DNA of 56,583 nucleotides from a virus (Duplodnaviria; Caudoviricetes): IMG/VR virus record IMGVR_UViG_3300036790_000306, positions 1 to 56,583 of that record; one strand, 5' to 3'. Shown piece by piece: positions 49,289 to 56,583 of this stretch (position 1 is its first letter; each line of letters starts with the position of its first letter). The notes under the pieces were generated by a model. It saw only the letters and a program-made list of their open reading frames with translations, ran no database searches and was not told where the DNA came from. The position numbers and the translations under genes were made by a program.

Positions 49289-49555
49289 AAACGTTCTTCC
49301 CGGAAACACCTCGGCCCGCGCTCAAGTTTCGATGACGTGAAGCGCGGGCCGAAGATTGGAACTACTCGTGACGTTGATCCCATCTTACCTCAACCCCGAT
49401 TGGAGCTTGGTGAAGCTCATGGTTCAGATGCTATGGAAGATCAGTTTAGGTACGGGAGCTGTTCTCTCGATTCCTTGTGTCTACGCTTCAGAGGCGTGGG
49501 GCAAATCACTTCGGGTCCCTGCCCCTCAACTTTCACGCGTCGTGGTCAAAGCGGA

Positions 49556-49784
49556 AAAGGCAAAGGCGAGAAAGGCGGTCGCGTAAATGGCGGATTCAGA
49601 TGTTTGCGAATGCGGAGACTACCGAAGTCAGCACGAGGGCGGTCACGGCGCCTGCAAAATATGCCGATGGAGCTCGGCTCCCTATGACGGATGCGTGAAG
49701 TTCCGACTCCCGCGCCAAAGAATTCAGGTACCAAAATTTCCCGAGCCTCGAAAGGCAAAGGCGAGAAAGGCGGTCGCGTAAATG
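49556..49784 (+). repeat. 34-bp direct repeat flanking a small gene
   Basis: AAAGGCAAAGGCGAGAAAGGCGGTCGCGTAAATG at 49556-49589 and 49751-49784. Confidence 0.9.
49587..49781 (+). CDS. Small Cys/His protein
   Basis: CECG....H....C..C.....C..F. Confidence 0.65.
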   Translation: MADSDVCECGDYRSQHEGGHGACKICRWSSAPYDGCVKFRLPRQRIQVPKFPEPRKAKARKAVA

Positions 49785-50150
49785 TCTGACGAACGCATTC
49801 ACGAAATCATCTCGGAGTCGTTTAAGAAAATCGACAACGATCCCCCCGAAGCGGCTTACGACGCCATCAAGAAGGCTCTCCGGGCGTGGCAGGGGAATGC
49901 GGAGCACGCGTTCCGCACCTTTTACATGATGAAAGACGATCCCGATGCCGCTAACGCCGCCGTCCAGATTTTGAAATCACTCGACCTCAAGTTGGGGAAA
50001 GAAGACCTGCCTACAACGCGAGACGTGCTTACAAAGCTGATGGGGAAGTTTGAAGAGGCAACCACAGATGGAGATTTGTCTGATATCAAGCAGGAAGATA
50101 TCGGCGGCGTGTACCTGTGGCTTCTATGGGCAACTGAGGCCTCGGCATGA
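49782..50150 (+). CDS. Hypothetical protein
   Basis: 122-aa ORF in operon. Confidence 0.65.
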   Translation: MSDERIHEIISESFKKIDNDPPEAAYDAIKKALRAWQGNAEHAFRTFYMMKDDPDAANAAVQILKSLDLKLGKEDLPTTRDVLTKLMGKFEEATTDGDLSDIKQEDIGGVYLWLLWATEASA

Positions 50151-50350
50151 CCGAGCACTACTCCAAGCAAACCGTCTCCGTCTCCGCCTTCTGCTCGAAG
50201 TGCAACAAGTCAACTGAGCACCGGGTAGACCACGGAAGAAAAGGCCCATGCCTTCGCTGCGTTGAAAAGCTGCAAGCCGATTTCACCTACCACGAGCAGG
50301 AGAAGCGCAAAGAGCAAAGGCAGGGAGTTCTGTTCAGGAGTGCATTTTGA
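50147..50350 (+). CDS. Small zinc-ribbon protein
   Basis: CSKC...CLRC. Confidence 0.6.
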   Translation: MTEHYSKQTVSVSAFCSKCNKSTEHRVDHGRKGPCLRCVEKLQADFTYHEQEKRKEQRQGVLFRSAF

Positions 50351-50361
50351 AAGGAGCAACG

Positions 50362-50751
50362 ATGGCGAAGTTTCGTAAGAAGCCGATTGTAATTGACGCA
50401 TCGCAGTGGTTTAAGAATGGCGATCATCAGAAGGACGGGACGGAGCGATTTCCGCCAAAAGCACCCACTGATGGGCGCGCAACGGGTGCTCCCACTGATC
50501 CCCGCTATACCGGAGAATTTGCCGGGGAGTTACTTGAGGGGAAAATTGTTCGCTATTTTCGGCGTCCCGACGTTCCCGGCGAAACTCCGTGTAAGCATTG
50601 CGGGAACACGATGCACGTTCACGGCTGGATTGACACGAAAGAAGGCGGTCACATTGTCTGCCCCGGCGACTGGATCATCACCGGAGTTCAGGGCGAGAAC
50701 TATCCCTGCAAGCCGGACATTTTCGTCGCGACTTACGAAGCGGTCGGGTAA
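50362..50751 (+). CDS. Conserved phage protein (KKP..I.A.QW...GDWII.G..GE.YPCKPDIF..TYE family)
   Basis: AAGGAG SD; recognisable family motifs. Confidence 0.85.
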   Translation: MAKFRKKPIVIDASQWFKNGDHQKDGTERFPPKAPTDGRATGAPTDPRYTGEFAGELLEGKIVRYFRRPDVPGETPCKHCGNTMHVHGWIDTKEGGHIVCPGDWIITGVQGENYPCKPDIFVATYEAVG

Positions 50752-50853
50752 CGAGATGGCGCGAGAGGACGGCCCGGTCAAATACTTCTGGGAAATTGCG
50801 GTTTCGACTCGGGCAGGGGCTCGCGCCTTTATTTTCTACGGAGCAGGGACCGC

Positions 50854-51102
50854 ATGACACAAGAACAGTGGGATGGGTCCCTACCCACAAACAGCGTGGA
50901 GACGGCCATGAGCGGAGGGGCGTGGAATCGTTTTCTGAGAATGCGAATGCAAATGTTTTACGGCACCGGAGACGTTCAGGTTGGCGGCTGGCGCGAGCGA
51001 ATGGATCGTGTTGATGAGGTTCTCGTGAAACTCGCGATGAGCAAATCGTGTGAGGGTAGGGACCCATCCCATCGGCCCTCGCTCAAAGCAACCGAGGCAT
51101 AG
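50854..51102 (+). CDS. Hypothetical protein
   Basis: Operon context. Confidence 0.5.
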   Translation: MTQEQWDGSLPTNSVETAMSGGAWNRFLRMRMQMFYGTGDVQVGGWRERMDRVDEVLVKLAMSKSCEGRDPSHRPSLKATEA

Positions 51103-51105
51103 ACT

Positions 51106-51435
51106 ATGACCATCGACGGCTTAGTAACTCAATTTGAAGAGATCGGCTTGCGCGACTTCTCCTCCAAGGTTCAGATGCGGATCATGCTTCGTGTCTTGGG
51201 CGAGCAGGTCTCGGAAATCCGGCTCTCCGGCAACCGGCGATTACTCGACGCGACCGACTTCGCCGAATTGCTTCTCACCCTCGCCGACCGGATGCACATG
51301 CCCAATGTTCCGCCGCGAACGGTGCTGCAAGCCTTCTGCCCTCACTGCGGACACATCCACGAAAAGTCTGACTGTTGCGGGGTCTCCATGGGCGGAGCTG
51401 GGGCGTGCGACTGCAAGGCGGAGGTCACAGCATGA
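51106..51435 (+). CDS. Hypothetical protein with C-terminal Cys cluster
   Basis: CPHCGH.H...C....C.C. Confidence 0.6.
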   Translation: MTIDGLVTQFEEIGLRDFSSKVQMRIMLRVLGEQVSEIRLSGNRRLLDATDFAELLLTLADRMHMPNVPPRTVLQAFCPHCGHIHEKSDCCGVSMGGAGACDCKAEVTA

Positions 51436-51638
51436 GCGTGGTTCCAAAAGTGACGATGCAGATGTTGATTGATGCGGGCTTTAATGCGTTCGGCCTGCAA
51501 TTGTTCGCGGAAAGTTTCGCCGGAAGAATCGATCCCAAGAATCCGGATGGCGGACTTCCCTTCTCATTCTCGTTTCGCGGGCTGCGGTTCACAGTCGAGC
51601 GCGAACCTGGCGAAGAAATCGACACGGCACATCACTAG
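51432..51638 (+). CDS. Hypothetical protein
   Basis: GGAGG SD, coupled. Confidence 0.6.
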   Translation: MSVVPKVTMQMLIDAGFNAFGLQLFAESFAGRIDPKNPDGGLPFSFSFRGLRFTVEREPGEEIDTAHH

Positions 51639-51640
51639 CC

Positions 51641-51934
51641 ATGTGCCTCAAGATGCAATTCGCGGACGGCACCGTTGGTATCATCTGCGGGACGAGGCAA
51701 AAAGTGCGCTACTGCTCATGCGGACGGGCTTCCGATTTCCTCTGCGATTGGAAGATGAAAGAAAAGAAACCCGGCACCTGTGACCGCCCAGTCTGCAAAT
51801 CTCACGCCCAGCAAGTCGGCCCGGACAAGCACCTCTGCCAAGAGCACCGCAAAGCCTATGCCGATTGGTTGAAACGTCACCCCGAAGGCTTTTCGACGAA
51901 GCCCGCCGATCCCGCGCAGTTATCCCTTCTCTAA
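51641..51934 (+). CDS. Cys-rich zinc-finger protein
   Basis: CSCG...LCDW...TCD.P.C..H....LC..H. Confidence 0.7.
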   Translation: MCLKMQFADGTVGIICGTRQKVRYCSCGRASDFLCDWKMKEKKPGTCDRPVCKSHAQQVGPDKHLCQEHRKAYADWLKRHPEGFSTKPADPAQLSLL

Positions 51935-51993
51935 AGCGGCGCGGCCCACGAAAAAAGATGATCCTCGCAGAGACTCAAGATATAATACGCAAG

Positions 51994-52194
51994 TAGGGTA
52001 TGAGCCTATGAAGGCTCCCCCCGCTGTAAAGCGAAGGGGGCCTTCACGGCTGTGGCTGAAAGAGTGTGACCTCTAGCAACCACGAGGGTGAGGATAATTA
52101 GCATCCTCGCCTCCTTCCAGTCGTAAATTTGCCGTCTCACGACGACAGCGACTGGAAACCCTGGGTCAGGCGGGCTACGATAAGTAGCCCGCCT
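51994..52194 (+). ncRNA. Candidate structured ncRNA (five-way junction plus 3' hairpin)
   Basis: TATAAT at 51981-51986; six contiguous helices; GNRA loop; G-U pairs on + strand. Confidence 0.6.
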
Positions 52195-52199
52195 CCGAT

Positions 52200-52394
52200 T
52201 TAAATCTTCTCGTAAACACCTTTCTCCCCAACGACACGACGAAATTCTGGATTCTTGCCCCTCGACATGACTTCCCTTCCGTCCGGGTACAGGCGCACGG
52301 CTCCATTGAGGATGAGTTCGTAGCGCAGGGATGACGGCTTTGGTTCACGCTTCCACTGGTAGGGGGAACGGGGGATGGGGCGGCGGCGGATCAT
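52200..52394 (-). CDS. Hypothetical protein (possibly truncated)
   Basis: End of leftward operon. Confidence 0.5.
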   Translation of the reverse strand: MIRRRPIPRSPYQWKREPKPSSLRYELILNGAVRLYPDGREVMSRGKNPEFRRVVGEKGVYEKI

Positions 52395-52724
52395 GGCTGG
52401 CTTAGTTTTCGGACTTGAATCACGTCGCCGACGAGAACCTGCTCGAATCGTTGCGAGGCTAATGCATTCGGCGGAAGGCCCGTCAACCGCCCCTCTTCAT
52501 TGCAGTATGCGATTGGACGGGAGTGCGGAACGTGTTCGATGTATCCGCCGACCAACTTCTGCAATTCTGCGAGGGTGAACTTTTTCCCATCGGCGGGCTT
52601 AACCTCTTCGGCCATATCAGCGCCGACGCGATACAGAAAACCAATTTCAACTTTCATGGTCATCCTCAGTGGGTGCAAGTTAGAAAAGCGTTTGGGAACG
52701 GGGGATGGGGCGGCGACGGATCAT
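52364..52724 (-). repeat. 31-bp direct repeat (1 mismatch) flanking the DUF3846 gene
   Basis: 52364-52394 and 52694-52724; partial third copy 52994-53007. Confidence 0.9.
52391..52678 (-). CDS. DUF3846-like protein
   Basis: TL.ELQ.LVGGYIE...NEEG....LP.N..AS...LVGD. Confidence 0.8.
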   Translation of the reverse strand: MHPLRMTMKVEIGFLYRVGADMAEEVKPADGKKFTLAELQKLVGGYIEHVPHSRPIAYCNEEGRLTGLPPNALASQRFEQVLVGDVIQVRKLSQP

Positions 52725-52993
52725 TTTGCTTCCAAGATTTGACGCACGATTCGGCGAAGTTCGGCGCGGGTGCGCGTGGCGAGTAGCTTGCGATTGTTTT
52801 CCGGCGACCGAGAGCCCTTGTGGGCCTGGCGCCAAGTGCCTAGCCACTTCCGGAGATAATCGGCGGACAGCGTAAGAAGTTCAATTTCGCCGCCACCCCC
52901 GCAAGCCCAACACGGAAGATAGTCTGGGCCGACTGCGCCTTCACCTTTGCATTCGGAACAGCTATAAACATCGGGCATGGTTTCTCCTTTCAA
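52721..52993 (-). CDS. Small CxxCxGxG zinc-finger protein
   Basis: CSECKGEG...CWACGGGG. Confidence 0.65.
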   Translation of the reverse strand: MKGETMPDVYSCSECKGEGAVGPDYLPCWACGGGGEIELLTLSADYLRKWLGTWRQAHKGSRSPENNRKLLATRTRAELRRIVRQILEAK

Positions 52994-53190
52994 GGGAACG
53001 GGGAATGAGCCTTTGTCGAAAGGGCATAGTGAACTTTCTCGGGGAATTCGTCCGTCACGGTGAAGTCGTCAGGCGATCTCGAAGGTTTTACGCGTCCCCA
53101 TCCTCCAGTTCGGGGTTGCCTGATACGCTGGAATTTCGTTTCCCCGGGGTTCAGGGAGTGCCGGAACGTCCCCCCTCTTGCTTCTGACAC
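52990..53190 (-). CDS. Hypothetical protein
   Basis: GGGGA SD; coupled. Confidence 0.4.
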   Translation of the reverse strand: MSEARGGTFRHSLNPGETKFQRIRQPRTGGWGRVKPSRSPDDFTVTDEFPEKVHYALSTKAHSPFP

Positions 53191-53298
53191 TCCCCTGATT
53201 TTCCCGGTTGCTCTGGCAACTAACCCAAATCCTCCTTTCCCCTGGTTGAAACCGAAAGGGTGATTTGGTGGTGCTTTCGGCGGTGGACTGCCGAAACG

Positions 53299-53487
53299 TT
53301 AGGCTCCGTGCGCTTTGGCTTCACCGCGCATACAGAGTTCCGCATCAAGCAGCCGTGCCTGACGAATGCGGTCGAGAGCCGCTTCTGCGAAGAAAGTATC
53401 GACGCGGCGAATCTGCTCGTCTATTGCCGCGCCGAGCACCTGCGAGAAATCGGGGTGGGAGAAAACTGGTAGAGTGCTCTGAGCCAT
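53299..53487 (-). CDS. Hypothetical early protein, first gene of leftward operon
   Basis: AGGAGG SD. Confidence 0.7.
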   Translation of the reverse strand: MAQSTLPVFSHPDFSQVLGAAIDEQIRRVDTFFAEAALDRIRQARLLDAELCMRGEAKAHGA

Positions 53488-53564
53488 TGAAGCCTCCTGT
53501 TAGGCTTTGGTTGGTTAGGGCTGATCGGGTGCTTCTAACACCCGGTCTGCCCGTCTACACAGGA

Positions 53565-53641
53565 ATCCTTGCACCTAGCCTGCTAGGTGTCAAGCGTAAA
53601 GTGCGGCTCCCCTTGCATTCCTAGCCAGCTAGGTGTAACTT
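53565..53641. promoter_or_regulatory. Divergent promoters, each with a palindromic operator in its spacer
   Basis: PL TTGACA-17-AAGGAT (minus); PR TTGCAT-17-TAACTT; CCTAGC-N2-GCTAGG at 53574-53587 and 53620-53633. Confidence 0.8.
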
Positions 53642-53648
53642 CTTGCGC

Positions 53649-53804
53649 ATGGACGTTCGAGAAATGGCCCGGCTAGGCGGATTGGCCCGTACAGCCTCGA
53701 TGACGGCCGCAGAGCGCCGGAAGCTCGCTATCAAGGCGTCCAAGGCTGCCGCCGCCGCTCGCACCAAGAAAGCGAAGCAAAAGAAGGCCAAGAAGTCGGC
53801 CTGA
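53649..53804 (+). CDS. Small basic regulator (GGLART.SMT..ERR..A.KA), leaderless
   Basis: MDVREMARLGGLARTASMTAAERRKLAIKASKAAAAARTKK...; ATG 8 nt after -10. Confidence 0.75.
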   Translation: MDVREMARLGGLARTASMTAAERRKLAIKASKAAAAARTKKAKQKKAKKSA

Positions 53805-53807
53805 TGT

Positions 53808-54044
53808 TTGCCCTACAGACGAGGTACGATCGTGAACTCCGTGAAAAGCGCCAAGAAATCTGCGATCGCACACAGTAGGGCAAGCCATCCACAGCTATAC
53901 GTTAGAATTCCGGGCCACGACTGGCGAGGTCCGAGAATGGCGAAGGCCAGCATCCGCATAAAGTCTGGCGAATATCAATATCTCACCTGGCGCGATGGCG
54001 ACCAGGTCCGTACCTTCTACCTCGGGAAAAAGCGCCAATCTTGA
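53808..54044 (+). CDS. Small basic protein (Y.Y..WR.G..V...YLGK)
   Basis: Recognisable small beta-sheet nucleic-acid-binding motif. Confidence 0.6.
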   Translation: MPYRRGTIVNSVKSAKKSAIAHSRASHPQLYVRIPGHDWRGPRMAKASIRIKSGEYQYLTWRDGDQVRTFYLGKKRQS

Positions 54045-54307
54045 CCAACGCTTGCAGCTCGCCGGCGCCGGCGATCGCGCTCCTCGAGGAGATCGAGGCC
54101 TCGGATCCGTGTAGGTCAAAAACGAGTGTTCCGACCTAAAGTCCTTACTCGTTGGTAACTTGCTTCACTTCCCTGCTCAATCCTACTCTCCGAACTGGTT
54201 TCGAATCCGGCGGCTCTCTCCGCCACACGCCAGTCGATGCCTGGCATCAAAGCACATTCCCGCAACCTGGGGAGTAGTGCGTCCTTCCAAAGAATAACTC
54301 AAAACTT

Positions 54308-54670
54308 ATGGCTGCAACCGATCTGGTTCCTTGCTTCTATACGGGACAGGACTATCGCCTGGAGCGTCCTGTCGAAGTGCGTACCCGCGCCGAAGTACGC
54401 GAATTGAAGGCGAAGAAACTCGGCAAGTTCGTCGACAACGGAAAGCTGTTCCTGTTCTTCAAGACGGTGGCGATTCGCCTCAATCGTTTTCTGGATGGAC
54501 CGCTCGGCACCGGCAACCTACTCCCCTTCGCGAAGCCACACAACTACGGCGACAGGCTGCACTACGAAATGCCGATGGCTGGCGATCGAACCACCTTTGC
54601 GCGCCACCGGCGCAAGCTCATTCACGTCTCAGGACGGATCGCCCCCGAGCTGCGCTTTCTTTCCGCGTGA
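54308..54670 (+). CDS. Hypothetical protein
   Basis: 120-aa ORF after TTGCTT-18-TACTCT promoter candidate. Confidence 0.6.
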   Translation: MAATDLVPCFYTGQDYRLERPVEVRTRAEVRELKAKKLGKFVDNGKLFLFFKTVAIRLNRFLDGPLGTGNLLPFAKPHNYGDRLHYEMPMAGDRTTFARHRRKLIHVSGRIAPELRFLSA

Positions 54671-54730
54671 AAACCATCCCCTTCCGCCGTCGCGAAGATA
54701 TGGAACAAGCCAACGAAAGCTGCCTGATGC

Positions 54731-55099
54731 GTGTTCATGCAAATGCGCTACCGGCGCGCTGATGATCTCAGGAAAAAGATCGATGGACTGGCAAGCAAGA
54801 AAACGCTCCGGGACATTGAGGCCGGGGCTGACCGCATCATGGACGAACATCTAGGCTACGGAATCCCGCAAAGCGAATCGCCGATTGATTTGGCGAAGCG
54901 GCTGAACACGTACAGAAAGCCCGATCGCAGCAAGCAATACCAGGATGCGAGCGCCGCAGCTCTCCTCAAATCGAATAATCACCTCTGGTGGCAGGCCCGG
55001 CTTCAGAAACAACGAATTTGGATTCTTGCGATGTTGGTTGGCTCCCAATGGGCGGCGATCGGCTGGCTAGCACACGAACTTCTCGCGAGACTGAAATGA
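54731..55099 (+). CDS. Hypothetical protein with C-terminal TM
   Basis: IWILAMLVGSQWAAIGWL. Confidence 0.55.
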   Translation: MFMQMRYRRADDLRKKIDGLASKKTLRDIEAGADRIMDEHLGYGIPQSESPIDLAKRLNTYRKPDRSKQYQDASAAALLKSNNHLWWQARLQKQRIWILAMLVGSQWAAIGWLAHELLARLK

Positions 55100-55395
55100 G
55101 CACCGCAACTCTAACCCACCCGGCCCGCGTAAACACCGCGCCGAAGCTTTCGCATGCTGATCGTCATGTCTGCTGCGACGAATGCGGGAAACGCCTCTCG
55201 GTTGTCCTTTGCGCCAAATGTCGAAGCCTCGATGGCGTCGCTAATAATATTGGCGATCAGCTCTGGGGTTGCCTGGAATGCGGAATGGTTCGACCATGGG
55301 GATGTCTCACGCCTCCCGATCCACGTCTCCGTCCCGCGCTCGGCTGCAAGGACTGCGACTCGGTCACTCGTCACCAGTTCATAGGTGTCGCATGA
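55096..55395 (+). CDS. Multi-CxxC zinc-finger protein
   Basis: Four CxxC pairs. Confidence 0.65.
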   Translation: MSTATLTHPARVNTAPKLSHADRHVCCDECGKRLSVVLCAKCRSLDGVANNIGDQLWGCLECGMVRPWGCLTPPDPRLRPALGCKDCDSVTRHQFIGVA

Positions 55396-55500
55396 ATCTC
55401 CTCCTCTTCCTGGACACCCACGGCCCTTTGTTCTTCGGAGCACTGCTCCTGATCTGCGCCGTGGTCTGTCGATAGAGGCATCCCGATTGGATCGTCAGTC

Positions 55501-56361
55501 TTGGAATACCTTGAACCGGATGAGCTCGAGCGCGTGATCTCTGAGGCTGCAAAGCGATCGGATCGCGACCATGTTCTGTTCACTCTCCTCTTTCGCCACG
55601 GGATGCGCGTCTCCGAAGCCGTTGGCAACAAGACTCGCCTCCAGGGCACCTTCAGCAAGCGCGATCGAGCCGACGAAAGGGCTGTCGAATTCCCTGGCGC
55701 CACCGTCCGAGAAACTTCGCGAAAGTCGCGGCGCGGCCGCGTGACGGTCTACCAGGTGATCACGCCAAAGCCCGTTCTGACGGGCGGACTCTCCGCCGCG
55801 GATTTCGCCGACGGCTACATCGACGTGCGCCGGATAAAAGGTTCAAAGCGCACCGTGCAGGAGCTCGAGGGAGTGTCGACGAGGCCTCTTGTTGAAAAAT
55901 ACGTGCGAGAGCATCCAACAGGGCTTTTGTTTCCGATAACTCGAGTGCAGGTTTTTCGCCTGTTCCGGAAGTTCTGTCTTCGCGCCGGCATCCCCCGCCA
56001 CAAAGCGCATCCCCACATTCTCAAGCACACCCTCGGGCAATCGCTTCGCATTTCGGGAGCGAGCATGCCAGAGATCCAGACCGTGCTCGGGCATGCCTCG
56101 ATCGCATCGACCGGAGCATACACGGCCGTTGGGGCGAAGGAAGCAAATCAGGCGGTTAAGCGGATGGAATCACGGCGGGATGATGCCTCGCAGGTGGTCT
56201 CCGAGCAGGTTGAGTCCCTCGGCGGAATCGGCGTTGCAGAGGTATTGCGGCGCGTTTTGAGACAGTTAGAGCAAGGGCAGAAGCCGAAATCCGCGAAAAA
56301 GACGGGAAACCGCGGATCGGCCGCCAGACGCGATCCTCTGCCCTCTCCATCGGTCGGATAG
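55501..56361 (+). CDS. FimB/FimE-like tyrosine recombinase (catalytic domain only) with an insertion
   Basis: RHGMRVSEA, RRIKGS, HPHILKH, LGHASI.ST..Y. Confidence 0.9.
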   Translation: MEYLEPDELERVISEAAKRSDRDHVLFTLLFRHGMRVSEAVGNKTRLQGTFSKRDRADERAVEFPGATVRETSRKSRRGRVTVYQVITPKPVLTGGLSAADFADGYIDVRRIKGSKRTVQELEGVSTRPLVEKYVREHPTGLLFPITRVQVFRLFRKFCLRAGIPRHKAHPHILKHTLGQSLRISGASMPEIQTVLGHASIASTGAYTAVGAKEANQAVKRMESRRDDASQVVSEQVESLGGIGVAEVLRRVLRQLEQGQKPKSAKKTGNRGSAARRDPLPSPSVG

Positions 56362-56384
56362 GTAACAAAATTACATTTTGTTAC
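56362..56384. promoter_or_regulatory. Perfect inverted repeat, candidate recombinase core site
   Basis: GTAACAAAAT-TAC-ATTTTGTTAC immediately after the recombinase stop. Confidence 0.6.
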
Positions 56385-56583
56385 ATGGAAGCCTCCAAAC
56401 AGCCCGATTCTCAGAAGAACTACCAGGAAAGGCTTGCGTTCCTACGCGCCGAGCAGATCAAGGCCAACTTCCTGATTTATGGACGTTCCGTCTTCGTGCT
56501 GCATTGCCTGGAAAATTGGACCGGCTTCCATGCACACCGAAACTTGGACCGGCTTCCATGCACACCGAAACTCGGACCGCGGA
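56385..56583 (+). CDS. Hypothetical ORF spanning the circular junction (ends at 141)
   Basis: MEASKQPDSQKNYQERLAFLRAEQIKANF... reads through the overlap. Confidence 0.45.
   Translation, partial: MEASKQPDSQKNYQERLAFLRAEQIKANFLIYGRSVFVLHCLENWTGFHAHRNLDRLPCTPKLGPR
56457..56583. repeat. Terminal direct repeat, right copy
   Basis: Identical to 1-127. Confidence 0.95.

Noticed and set aside
50362-50751. Assigning a named anti-defence (sponge) function
   Set aside because: The family is recognisable but does not match the Tad1/Tad2/Acb2 motifs I recall; no supportable function
54197-54225. tRNA-Ser 3'-end attP (TTCGAATCC...CTCTCTCCGCCA)
   Set aside because: Three extra bases between T-loop and GCCA, and the segment folds as a local hairpin; it is 1.3 kb from the recombinase. 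BLAST to host tRNAs would settle it

Overview
This is an apparently complete, circularly assembled HK97-like siphophage genome of about 56,456 bp; bases 1-127 are repeated exactly at 56457-56583. The host is unknown, and the gene style suggests Acidobacteriota (inference only). Gene order is HNH, putative cos, TerS, TerL, portal, bacterioferritin-like protein, ClpP protease, major capsid protein and head-tail connector. A glycosyltransferase/methyltransferase cluster follows, then head closure, a ~1030-aa tail-terminator fusion and six consecutive signal-peptide-bearing genes, several with fibre or beta-rich domains. The tail module contains a -1 frameshift chaperone and is followed by lysis genes. 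The early region holds a LuxR HTH, an origin-like repeat region, a Rep-like protein, a HerA/DUF87 ATPase, an adenine methyltransferase, a divergent promoter/operator switch and a FimB-like tyrosine recombinase. The most notable observations are: (1) a predicted exported module of phage fibre-type proteins that shares a domain with the cytoplasmic tail terminator and lies next to a putative virion glycosylation cluster; (2) a highly structured ~200-nt unannotated ncRNA candidate; (3) a bacterioferritin with a remodelled ferroxidase/haem site; (4) a lysogeny-type switch with tiny GG-x-AR proteins and no recognisable CI/Cro. All assignments come from motif recognition by eye; no searches were run.
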